Part shown: positions 8,055 through 16,997 of the stretch, piece after piece
Position numbering within the stretch: the stretch's first letter is position 1
Layout of the letters: each line of letters opens with the position of its first letter
Virus record (IMG/VR): IMGVR_UViG_3300023174_000152
Span: 8,066-72,065 of that record
DNA length: 64,000 nt
Source of the DNA: a virus
Reading direction: 5' to 3' (one strand)
The notes under the pieces: model-generated
What the model was told of the DNA's origin: nothing
Databases searched by the model: none
The model's input: the letters and a program-made list of their open reading frames with translations, nothing else
Translations under genes and position numbers: made by a program

Positions 8055-9010
8055 TAACAGGCGGACTAGGCCTGATTGGACACAATGTAGTTCAGCGGTT
8101 AATGGCGCAAGGCCACCAAGTTGCTGTAACAGATATCAAAACAAACTACGGTCTAGTTCCGCAGGACGAGCTGGATTATCTAATGTCTGAACGCAGGAAA
8201 AAAATACCCGATGCCAGGGTTCATGGCATTGACATCGCAGATCAGGATGGTATAGATTGGATGTTTAGAGAATACAAACCCGATACTGTAATACACCTGG
8301 CCAGCTTTCCTAGACAAAAAGTAGTCAATGTAAATCCTATGATTGGCTCACGTGCTATGAGTGAAGGACTTCTTAATCTACTAGAAGCTTCCAAACGCAA
8401 TAATGTGTGTAAATTCATATATATTAGTAGCAGTATGGTCTATGGAGACTTCACCGATGATGTCACAGAAGATGCTGTTTGCCGTCCACAAGGACAATAC
8501 GGCATCATGAAACTTGCAGGAGAATGGCTTGTCCGAGATTATAGTAGGCGTGGTCTTTTTGATCATGTCATTATTCGTCCTTCCGCTGTATACGGAGAAT
8601 ACGATGTTGAAGATCGTGTTGTTTCAAAGTTTCTGTTGACTGCTATGCGCAACGGTGTGATCAAGGTCAACGGTGCTAACGAAACACTTGACTTCACTTA
8701 TGTAGAAGATGCCGCTGATGGTATAGTAGCGGCCGCACTGAGTCATAATACATCAAACAAAACCTACAACATCACCAAAAGTCACAGCCGTACATTGTCG
8801 GATGCGGCCAATCTTGCTGTAAAGATTGTAGGCCAGGGAACCATAGAAGTCAAAGACAAAGATGCAGACTTTCCCAGCCGCGGCGCACTGAACATTGATG
8901 CCGCACGTAGAGATTTTGGCTACGATCCCAAGGTAGATGTAGAAGAAGGCTTCCAAAGGTACTATGAGTGGCTTAACCATTCCGTTTACTGGTCTAAAAA
9001 AACAGTATAA
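8033..9010 (+). CDS. NAD-dependent NDP-sugar epimerase/dehydratase (extended SDR)
   Basis: IVTGGLGLIG, VIHLAS, ISSSMVYG, YxxxK (YGIMK), RPSAVYG and DFTYVED. Start set at ATG 8033 (MESRKIIVTGG). Confidence 0.9.
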   Translation: MESRKIIVTGGLGLIGHNVVQRLMAQGHQVAVTDIKTNYGLVPQDELDYLMSERRKKIPDARVHGIDIADQDGIDWMFREYKPDTVIHLASFPRQKVVNVNPMIGSRAMSEGLLNLLEASKRNNVCKFIYISSSMVYGDFTDDVTEDAVCRPQGQYGIMKLAGEWLVRDYSRRGLFDHVIIRPSAVYGEYDVEDRVVSKFLLTAMRNGVIKVNGANETLDFTYVEDAADGIVAAALSHNTSNKTYNITKSHSRTLSDAANLAVKIVGQGTIEVKDKDADFPSRGALNIDAARRDFGYDPKVDVEEGFQRYYEWLNHSVYWSKKTV

Positions 9011-10058
9011 CAACCTCCGGCAGGAGATCTTAGACACCACTGATGAAGTGTTGCGCAGTGGCCAACTCATGAACGGTAACTTCACTGCCGAGTTTGAAAA
9101 CTGGTTGGCTAAAAAAAACAAAACCAAGTATGCGATCTGTGTTCATTCAGGAACTTCTGCGCTGGAAGCTATTGCTGAATATTGCATAGATGATCCTGGT
9201 ATGCCCGCTCCTCCTCGGGTGTTGATGCCTAGCCTAACCTATGCGGCCACGGCCAATGCGTTTATACGAGCCGGGTGGGAAGTACACTTCATTGACACTG
9301 ACCATCACGGTATATTTGATGTTAAAAAAATACCCGATATCAGTTACCAAGCTGTAGTTTTAGTTGGACTGTATGGTGCCAGCATAGCTCACATGGGTGA
9401 TATCAGCACATGGCGCCATTGGTCACATAACAACAAAATCATCATAGAAGATGCCGCACAACATTGGTTGGCCGCTGACTGTGCAAGGATTGGAAACGCG
9501 GCTGCCATTTCATTTGATCCTATGAAAAACTTACCCGCTTATGGCAACGGTGGTGCAGTGGTCACAAACGATAGAGACATGTTTGATTTTGTACGGGCCT
9601 GGAGAGACAACGGTAAAAGCACACACAACGAAACAGGCACCAATAGTCGTATGAGTGAGTTAGATTGTGCTCACATGTTGGTCAAAACAAAATACATCGA
9701 TACCTGGCAAACTCGTAGATCCAAGATAGCCGGTTACTGGCGCGAACGCTTAAACAAAACAGAAATACGTTGTTTGATAGATCAAGATAACTGCCACGAT
9801 CATGCCTATCATAAGTTTGTGATCGACGTCAACAACAGAGATATCTTACAAAAGAATCTTGCCATACGCAAAATAGAAACAAAAGTACATTATACACAGC
9901 CGTTACACGAGCTGGGCACCTTCCGCCAGTATCAAGGACCAGACATCCTTAGCTGTGCGTCGGCGCTGGCTCGACGTGTGCTGACGTTGCCTTTATATCC
10001 TGAGCTAACAGATCTCGAAGTTGAGTATGTTATTGATCAGGTTCTCGATTGCGTTTAG
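8964..10058 (+). CDS. DegT/DnrJ/EryC1/StrS family PLP-dependent sugar aminotransferase
   Basis: SGTSAL, TYAATANA, IIEDAAQ, SFDPMKNL (PLP Lys), GNGGAVVTND, GTNSRMSE and LTLPLYP. Confidence 0.92.
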   Translation: MSGLTIPFTGLKKQYNNLRQEILDTTDEVLRSGQLMNGNFTAEFENWLAKKNKTKYAICVHSGTSALEAIAEYCIDDPGMPAPPRVLMPSLTYAATANAFIRAGWEVHFIDTDHHGIFDVKKIPDISYQAVVLVGLYGASIAHMGDISTWRHWSHNNKIIIEDAAQHWLAADCARIGNAAAISFDPMKNLPAYGNGGAVVTNDRDMFDFVRAWRDNGKSTHNETGTNSRMSELDCAHMLVKTKYIDTWQTRRSKIAGYWRERLNKTEIRCLIDQDNCHDHAYHKFVIDVNNRDILQKNLAIRKIETKVHYTQPLHELGTFRQYQGPDILSCASALARRVLTLPLYPELTDLEVEYVIDQVLDCV

Positions 10059-10551
10059 CCCATCTGGCTAACTGAGAAGCTCGCATTTTTTCTTTAGTCT
10101 CTTCGGATCTGGGCTTGCCAGGTTTTCCTTTCTTTGCTTTGCTTATTTTTTGACCTGTTTCGGCACTGACTATTTTTCCTAAGTTACAATCTCTTAATTT
10201 TTGTTTCTGTTCAGCAGACATAGTTTTTCCAAGGTTAGTTGGTTTGCCCAATCTTGCCTGAGAGATTTTCTTTTTAGTTTCTGTAGAATGTTTGTGACCC
10301 ATGATTCCGTCGCCACCATCTGTCATATTTCTTAAGATACCTGTACCAATGTCTTTTCGGCCGTATTGCTGAATGTATTTTGTTTCTAGCCGAAGAGCTA
10401 GTTCTTTAGTTAAATTAGATTCTAAGATTAGGATTTTATCGTTACTAGGAACTCTATGATACTTGTGCTTTTGCCAAGCTCTATTATTTTGTCCTTTACC
10501 TATATAGTAAGGAGTTCCGTCGTCTCTTAAGTAAGCATATACATAATACAT
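10030..10551 (-). mobile_element. Free-standing GIY-YIG homing endonuclease with NUMOD3 repeats
   Basis: YYVYAY...PYYIGKG...R...E catalytic domain, NxTDGGDG linker, repeated HS/MS-xE-xKxKIS (NUMOD3) units. More AT-rich than the flanks. Start set at ATG 10551. Confidence 0.88.
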
Positions 10552-10562
10552 GCTCTTATTTA

Positions 10563-12164
10563 TTATTGATCTGGTGTTAGATTTCTCTTTAAAAGGGCAT
10601 AACTGGCCAACCATGACCACTCGTAGCTTTTCTTGAGCTCATCAAAATCGCCATTGACACTTTCATAGTATTCAACAGCATCCTCTGCACCATAGATTGA
10701 CCATTGCCCGTTGGGCTGGCCTATGGCCACTGTGAGCCATTTCTTAAGCCTGTGCTGGCTTTCGATATCTGATTGACCGCGCAGTTTGATACATTCGCGG
10801 AAGGCTGTGCGCCAGGCTGACCATTTGGTATCAGCATACTCCGCTGTGCCTGACAATATCGGTACCACTTCGTGTTCATCATCTAGTGTAAAGTCTAGTC
10901 CACGACCAGGGTTGGCCAAAACCAATCGTTTGTTATATGCGATCATGGCTTGGTGGCCATATGTCAGAGTATTGATAGGATTAAACGCATGGAAGATATA
11001 ATGTTTGGCCGCTTGCATGCGATCAGGCTGCCAGGACCAATCAAACTTGGAATCAACTCTGAGTTTAGCAAACACAGCAAAGAACCAATCAGTGGTTGAT
11101 GCTTCAGCCGCGGCATGATATGCGGCCGCACGACCGTTGACTCTATCGCTACGCACAAGATTGTTGGGTTTCATATACAATGCTTCTTGTAGCGTGGTCC
11201 AGTGTCGTTCGGCATTGGGCTCACCGTTTGAGATAAACACCACATCTAAGGGTTGGTCTTCTCCTAGCGTCTTATAAGTCTTGTCTATGTTGGGATAATC
11301 GTAGAGTTGCTTCTTAAGATAGTTCTTGGCTTCTCTGGGTACTAGCACACTACTGGCTCCCGGAGTAAGAGGTACTATGGTCTTCATCTTCTCTCGCCAT
11401 AAGTTAATGGCAGGAGGATTTTCTATTGCACCGTGTCTGACAAACTGTACCACAGGATACTGGAAATCATGTGCCCATACTGCAGGTACTTGGCTGTCTT
11501 GTTCGTGCTTGATGACAGGCACCGGTAGTCTAGGAACAGATTTATCTTCTATAAAATGTATGGTATCAAACCATTCAAGCAAGGCCAACTCATTGGTCTT
11601 GGCAAGAAAAGATTCTACATTCACATAAAACGTATCACCAAACTTTTGTTCGTTGCTGGCAAATACATGCAACATGTCTTGTTGCCATTCTGAAGGATGC
11701 CAGGTGAAATCAAAACGACTGTAATCACATACACTACTCACTATCCAGACATTTTTGTAAGTACATTTGCTGAGTATTCTTCGTAAGGTTCCTAGATAAT
11801 CTGAGATATATCTTGTTTTTTCTTTGCAAGCGATGCCAAGACCGTTGCCGTGATCTATGCCAATGCGTGGCACAGTACCGATGCGTGGCACCACTGGATG
11901 ATTACGATTGATTTCGCTGACACCTGTTTTGGGTATCAAGTATGTTCCACCATTTTCTTGGTGCTGGCTGGGCCATACATGAGTCTGATGACTTTCCCAA
12001 GGCACAGGTTCCCACAACCAATCGAAGTGAGAATAGTCATTGAGCCCATCAACTACCCATAAGTATCTTGTGCGACTAAGTTCGCAAGCATGCTCGATGC
12101 TGTCGGCCCGGCGTTCGTGAGGCCAACGATAGGTAGGAGTGGTTAGGTAAAAGACGTCAAACAT
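10563..12164 (-). CDS. Glycosyltransferase-like (GT-A-like) protein with three tandem degenerate domains
   Basis: The C-terminal domain is paralogous to 27114..28043 (DVVFISNGEP / DCIYLSYDEP; AWRTAFRECIK / AWRAGFREGVK). An FD(W/F)xWxP motif occurs three times. Confidence 0.55.
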   Translation of the reverse strand: MFDVFYLTTPTYRWPHERRADSIEHACELSRTRYLWVVDGLNDYSHFDWLWEPVPWESHQTHVWPSQHQENGGTYLIPKTGVSEINRNHPVVPRIGTVPRIGIDHGNGLGIACKEKTRYISDYLGTLRRILSKCTYKNVWIVSSVCDYSRFDFTWHPSEWQQDMLHVFASNEQKFGDTFYVNVESFLAKTNELALLEWFDTIHFIEDKSVPRLPVPVIKHEQDSQVPAVWAHDFQYPVVQFVRHGAIENPPAINLWREKMKTIVPLTPGASSVLVPREAKNYLKKQLYDYPNIDKTYKTLGEDQPLDVVFISNGEPNAERHWTTLQEALYMKPNNLVRSDRVNGRAAAYHAAAEASTTDWFFAVFAKLRVDSKFDWSWQPDRMQAAKHYIFHAFNPINTLTYGHQAMIAYNKRLVLANPGRGLDFTLDDEHEVVPILSGTAEYADTKWSAWRTAFRECIKLRGQSDIESQHRLKKWLTVAIGQPNGQWSIYGAEDAVEYYESVNGDFDELKKSYEWSWLASYALLKRNLTPDQ

Positions 12165-13212
12165 GATTCGTATCGATGAAATATATTATAACGTATTTGT
12201 GTCTGCTTTGCAACACCGACCTCGTGTAGGCTTGCATTGGTTTGATCCTTTTGGTTCCACATCATTTGGCGATATATGCAACGTTCCTCGAGTTGACAAC
12301 ATAGCAGAAAAACGACTGGTATTCTGGGATCAAGAACCTCTGCACCAAGAACGAGTCAAAGATTTCTTTGATCAGTATATCAAACATTACTGGGGCCCTA
12401 CCACTATAGTCACTTCTGAATACAATAGCAAGGCAGTAGACTGGGCATGTGATACTTATGGGCTTGATTGTTCTTACTATTTCTTTCATGCCTGGGCCGC
12501 CCTGGATTGGTACAGAGGCTACAATCATACTTTCCTTTGCAAACCATTCCAAGACAGGCAAATAGAGCGTACATTTTTGTGTCCAAACAATATCATTGGC
12601 GGAAAAAGACATCATAGACTGGCATTATTAAACGAGTTTGTTGATCGGGAACTTATTGACAACAACTTTATCAGTTTTCCTGAACGTTGCCCATATGAAA
12701 ACAAAACAGTCACAGAGTTATGCCAAGAATACGATATCCCATTGGGACATGTCGAACTGCCATTGATCATTGATCATGGGGCCAATCATGCTGGTAATAG
12801 TCATCGTATAGATATGTGGTCGTTGGCTGAAAAAAGTTTGCTCAATGTAGTAACCGAAACCCTGTATGATGGGCACAGACAACACCTCACTGAAAAAACA
12901 TTCAAACCCATCGTGATGCAACAGCCATTTGTGTTGGTATCATGCAAGGGCAGTCTTGAATACCTCAGACGCTATGGATTCAAAACCTTTGGTGAATTCT
13001 GGAATGAAGACTACGATGACAAAGACGATGACTTCCGTATCATTCGCATTGGGAAACTACTAGCCGACATTGATGCATTGAGTATCAAAGAAAAACAACA
13101 ACTACAGCAACACATGACACCGATAGTTGAACATAACTTCAACTGGTTCTATTCCAAAGAGTTTGAAAACTTGTTATGGCACGAACTAACTGATATGATC
13201 AAGCAATGGTAA
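12163..13212 (+). CDS. GT10-like ('TEKxxKP') glycosyltransferase-fold protein, paralogue 1
   Basis: C-terminal VVTET...HLTEKTFKPI..QPF...GFKTF..FWNEDYD block shared with three other genes in the window; resembles the GT10 E-N-S...Y-x-T-E-K motif. Confidence 0.5.
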   Translation: MIRIDEIYYNVFVSALQHRPRVGLHWFDPFGSTSFGDICNVPRVDNIAEKRLVFWDQEPLHQERVKDFFDQYIKHYWGPTTIVTSEYNSKAVDWACDTYGLDCSYYFFHAWAALDWYRGYNHTFLCKPFQDRQIERTFLCPNNIIGGKRHHRLALLNEFVDRELIDNNFISFPERCPYENKTVTELCQEYDIPLGHVELPLIIDHGANHAGNSHRIDMWSLAEKSLLNVVTETLYDGHRQHLTEKTFKPIVMQQPFVLVSCKGSLEYLRRYGFKTFGEFWNEDYDDKDDDFRIIRIGKLLADIDALSIKEKQQLQQHMTPIVEHNFNWFYSKEFENLLWHELTDMIKQW

Positions 13213-14390
13213 CTTTTTGTGTTGACCGTACGGTAGATGGTCGCCCGTATCCAAATCTAGCTCAGTGGGAGGCTCGCCCTTACACTCCAGAATGGTGGCA
13301 GTTCAGTAGGCAATGGCCTTACAGCGAGCCTGTGCATTTTTTTGACTATCTTGATCGACACAATGTTGAATATAAAATAGTTGAGTGGACACAAGCAACC
13401 AAGCACACCTTGTACCCCATCAGCCTGAGTTATTTTGATTTCAGTATAAACTGGTTTGAGCTGTTGCCAGTTTTTATTAGAGAAAAGCTCAGAACTAAAA
13501 GTTTGACCTTGTGGTTTTTCTACAGTGAAGGTGACAACCCACAACGCATACAGGAACATTTACTGGCACAGTTTGCTAATCAAGACATTGATCTTGATCG
13601 CATTAAGTTTACCAGTGCAAATAGTTCTGCAGAATCTATCAAAAATTTTTCTCACTTTGTTGATGATGAGTGTTTGTATCAACTACGTAATAAAGAATCT
13701 CCTATACCGTTTGACCATCAAACGATCCGTAGAAAAAAATACACAGCATTAGTTAGGACTCACAAATGGTGGCGTGCCACTACCATGGCCAGACTGTGGC
13801 GGCAAGGTCTTCACCAGCAAGGGTATTTTTCTTACAACACACAAGAGCTTATCAATGACGACGAGCACCTTGACAATCCCATTGAAGTTGATCTATTTGA
13901 TGGTTTACGTGCTGATACTCATAGATTCCTGGCCAGCGGTCCATTCCATGCTGATGAGCTAGATTCAGCCACGCACAATCTTTATGCTACTACAGTACAT
14001 CAACATTTCAATGACAGTTATTTGAACGTGATCTTGGAAACTCATTTAGATGCTGATCAAAGCGGTGGAACTTTTCTAACTGAAAAAACTTTCAAACCTA
14101 TCAAGAACTGTCAACCGTTTGTGCTGGTGGCACCAGCAGGCAGTATCGCACAACTGCAACAGCTGGGCTACCGTACATTTGATCACGTGATCAACCATGC
14201 TTACGATCGAGAAATGGATAACACCAAAAGATGGAACATGGCCTGTACCGAAATAGAAAGATTAATAACCAACGTTGATCTGCATCAGCTCTATATTGAT
14301 TGCAAGCAAGACCTACTACACAATCAAGCATTATTTTTAAGTGACAAGAAGGATCGTTTAAATAGTTTGATCGCAAAGCTCACACAATGA
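13206..14390 (+). CDS. GT10-like ('TEKxxKP') glycosyltransferase-fold protein, paralogue 2
   Basis: ILET...FLTEKTFKPI..QPF...GYRTFDHVINHAYD. Confidence 0.5.
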   Translation: MVTFCVDRTVDGRPYPNLAQWEARPYTPEWWQFSRQWPYSEPVHFFDYLDRHNVEYKIVEWTQATKHTLYPISLSYFDFSINWFELLPVFIREKLRTKSLTLWFFYSEGDNPQRIQEHLLAQFANQDIDLDRIKFTSANSSAESIKNFSHFVDDECLYQLRNKESPIPFDHQTIRRKKYTALVRTHKWWRATTMARLWRQGLHQQGYFSYNTQELINDDEHLDNPIEVDLFDGLRADTHRFLASGPFHADELDSATHNLYATTVHQHFNDSYLNVILETHLDADQSGGTFLTEKTFKPIKNCQPFVLVAPAGSIAQLQQLGYRTFDHVINHAYDREMDNTKRWNMACTEIERLITNVDLHQLYIDCKQDLLHNQALFLSDKKDRLNSLIAKLTQ

Positions 14391-15415
14391 CAAATATCGT
14401 AAACAGTTATACCAGTTGGCAACCTCTTGAAGAGGTCATAGTAGGTCGCGCCTACGACCCGGATTACTTTGATTTCATCGATGACTCCCAAGTCAGGAAT
14501 CAGCTACAACAGATTCTAGCAGAAACTGCTGAAGATTTAAACAATCTTCAACGCACCATAGAAAGTTATGGTGCTACAGTTTTGAGGCCCGAGTTACCCA
14601 ATCGAGATCAGTTCCAAACTTGGCAAACGTCTGGAGAAGGTGCTCCTCTCCCACCTCTTACACCAAGAGATTGGCAAATCACGCTGGGTCAAAAACTTCT
14701 GCGTGTCCTGCCTGTTGTAGAACTCGATGACATCTGTGCTCGCTATGGCGATCAAGTCATAGACCCGCACGGTGGTAAATGGGATCCCGACTGCATACTA
14801 AATGGTGCATCAGCTTCGTGTATTGTGCGTGTGGGTCGTGATGTGTTTTTTGACAACTCAGACTTTTTAAAACCCGAACAAACACGTTGGATCATAGACA
14901 ATGTACTGGGTCCAGAGTATCGAGTACACGAAGCCATCACCGACGGACATGGAGATGCTGTGTTTGCAATTCTAAAGCCTGGTGTCATCTTATCAAGTAA
15001 ACATGATGTTAACTTAGATCTTGCCGGAGACTTTCCTGGATGGGATGTATGCAAGATATGGGACAGCTCGATCTGGGCCGCTATGGAAGTTGGCAAGTTC
15101 AAAGAAGAAAACTTCAACGGTGCTTGGTATGTGCAAGGGCAGACCCCCACTGAACAGTTTACTAAGTTTGTAGATACCTATCTAAAGAGTTGGACTGGAT
15201 TTGTCAGCGAAACCGTTTTTGATGTCAACTGTCTTGTGTTAGATGAAAGTCATGTAATCTTTAGTGCTTATAACAAAGAAGTGTTTGACTTTTGTAAACG
15301 ACATCGGATTGAACCTATTATCTCTGAATTGCGTCACAGTTATTTCTGGGATGGCGGTGTTAGTTGTTGCACACAAGACATACGTCGACGTGGCGGTCTA
15401 GAGACTTACCTCTAA
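14387..15415 (+). CDS. Amidinotransferase (glycine/inosamine-phosphate amidinotransferase family, pentein fold)
   Basis: VNSYTSWQPLEEVIVGR, TPRD, GHGD, DVNCLVLDE and C-terminal DGGVSCCTQDIRRRG containing the catalytic Cys. Confidence 0.85.
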   Translation: MTNIVNSYTSWQPLEEVIVGRAYDPDYFDFIDDSQVRNQLQQILAETAEDLNNLQRTIESYGATVLRPELPNRDQFQTWQTSGEGAPLPPLTPRDWQITLGQKLLRVLPVVELDDICARYGDQVIDPHGGKWDPDCILNGASASCIVRVGRDVFFDNSDFLKPEQTRWIIDNVLGPEYRVHEAITDGHGDAVFAILKPGVILSSKHDVNLDLAGDFPGWDVCKIWDSSIWAAMEVGKFKEENFNGAWYVQGQTPTEQFTKFVDTYLKSWTGFVSETVFDVNCLVLDESHVIFSAYNKEVFDFCKRHRIEPIISELRHSYFWDGGVSCCTQDIRRRGGLETYL

Positions 15416-16899
15416 CTACAGACTTTTACTCCATACTGCTGTTCAAATCTGTCAGCATCTGCACGATCATTGACCATGGGCTCACCACGTATGTTGAGAC
15501 TGGTGTTGAGTAGCATAGGACAACCTGTTTCCACATACCAACGTTCTAGTAGTTGGCGGATACCAGACCCACAATCTTTGCTCACAGTTTGAACACGGCT
15601 GGTCTTATCTACGTGTATGATGGCAGGAAAGTGATCTGGATGGCGACAACGTGCCACTACTTGCATGTACGGACTATTGGTATATCCTTTGGGCATTTCA
15701 AAATAGTCGTTGACACATTCTTCCAATATCACAGGTGCGAACGGTCTGAACTGTTGTCTGCGTTTGATTTCATTGACTCGTTCCTTGATCGTGCTGCCTC
15801 TAGGGTCCGCAAGGAGGCTACGGTTTCCAAGTGCGCGGGGGCCGAACTCGGCTCGTCCTGATGCAACCCCCACAATCTGTTCAGCAAGTAGCCTAGCCAC
15901 AAGCTCATCAACGGGATAAGGCCCAGGAATATCATGCCCCAGATAAGCACTTCTCCAGTTAACTCTATGTCCATGAGCCAAAGCGGCAGCACCAAGGCTG
16001 CTACCAGCATCACCAGGATTAGGCATAATCCAAATATTTTCATAAATCTCTCCCAGGTTTCTATTGGCCAAACAGTTTAATGCGACTCCGCCCATGTACA
16101 CAAGATTGGTTTCGTTTGTTAGTTCCCAGGCTTTTTTCATCACACTCATTATGAGGTCTTCGGCAACTAACTGTGCGGCGCAGGCAATGTCTTCGTTGGT
16201 AGCAGATTCTAAAAAAGTTTTATCGACTCCTACATGGAAGTTTTCTGTCAATGTTATGTTATGATAGTCCTTGACCACTTGATTACTTAAACTTTGATAC
16301 CAACTATCTTTGCCCCAAGCGGCCATGCCCATGGTGATGTATTCTTCGTCCATGGGTCTAAGACCCACACGATCTGTCATGGCACTATAAAATAATCCAA
16401 TGCTGTGTGGGTAACCCTGGCGCCATACTCTCCGATACTGTGCTCGTCCTTGACTATCATACCAAGCACGATAGATACTGATAGTGTCTAACTCACCTAT
16501 AGCGTCGATCACGACAACCACTGCACGTTCAAATGGACTGGTTTGGAATCCAGCGGCCGCATGACTTAGATGATGATTGGCGCTGACTTCCCGCCGAGCA
16601 GGTGTTTGATACCAGGATCCTAGATGTTTTTTTAAAGCACCATGTGTGGTCCAAGGTCCAAAGTTGCGTTGTCCAGAAAATATTTGCTGTATGTTGTGCA
16701 TCCAAGGGCGTTCATAGAAGGCCACTGTGTCGTACTCCCACTCACACAGTTCCTTGAGTAGGTCAGGTGCGATGTCAGCATCATTTTTCTTTTTACTGTA
16801 GCGTTCTGAGTGGCCGGCAAAGACTATTTCACCATCTGATCTGATGACTGTGGCTGCCGCATCATGGAACCCTGCACTAATGCCAAGTATATGTTTCAT
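15412..16899 (-). CDS. Carbamoyltransferase (NodU/CmcH/TobZ family)
   Basis: ILGIS..FHDAAA, HHLSHAA, VIDAIGE, GGVALNC, PGDAGSSLG, GRAEFGPRALGNRSLLADP, FRPFAP and LLNTSLN. Confidence 0.95.
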   Translation of the reverse strand: MKHILGISAGFHDAAATVIRSDGEIVFAGHSERYSKKKNDADIAPDLLKELCEWEYDTVAFYERPWMHNIQQIFSGQRNFGPWTTHGALKKHLGSWYQTPARREVSANHHLSHAAAGFQTSPFERAVVVVIDAIGELDTISIYRAWYDSQGRAQYRRVWRQGYPHSIGLFYSAMTDRVGLRPMDEEYITMGMAAWGKDSWYQSLSNQVVKDYHNITLTENFHVGVDKTFLESATNEDIACAAQLVAEDLIMSVMKKAWELTNETNLVYMGGVALNCLANRNLGEIYENIWIMPNPGDAGSSLGAAALAHGHRVNWRSAYLGHDIPGPYPVDELVARLLAEQIVGVASGRAEFGPRALGNRSLLADPRGSTIKERVNEIKRRQQFRPFAPVILEECVNDYFEMPKGYTNSPYMQVVARCRHPDHFPAIIHVDKTSRVQTVSKDCGSGIRQLLERWYVETGCPMLLNTSLNIRGEPMVNDRADADRFEQQYGVKVCS

Positions 16900-16997
16900 T
16901 TATAGATAAATGGATCTCTTTTGCGTAGCTCTTTGAGTTTTTTGCGATAACGTATTTCTAGTTTGATCCTGTTGATCAAGTTGCGTAACCATTTCAT
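16896..16997 (-). CDS. 33-aa basic peptide ending DPFIYK (not in ORF track)
   Basis: MKWLRNLINRIKLEIRYRKKLKELRKRDPFIYK. ATGA overlaps at both ends and a GGAGG SD upstream. Confidence 0.75.
   Translation of the reverse strand: MKWLRNLINRIKLEIRYRKKLKELRKRDPFIYK

Noticed and set aside
14387-16997. Saxitoxin pathway (amidinotransferase, carbamoyltransferase, PFIY peptide)
   Set aside because: No SxtA-like PKS, cytidine deaminase-like or Rieske genes are present, and the context is glycosyltransferases and NDP-sugar enzymes. The similarity is at family level only.
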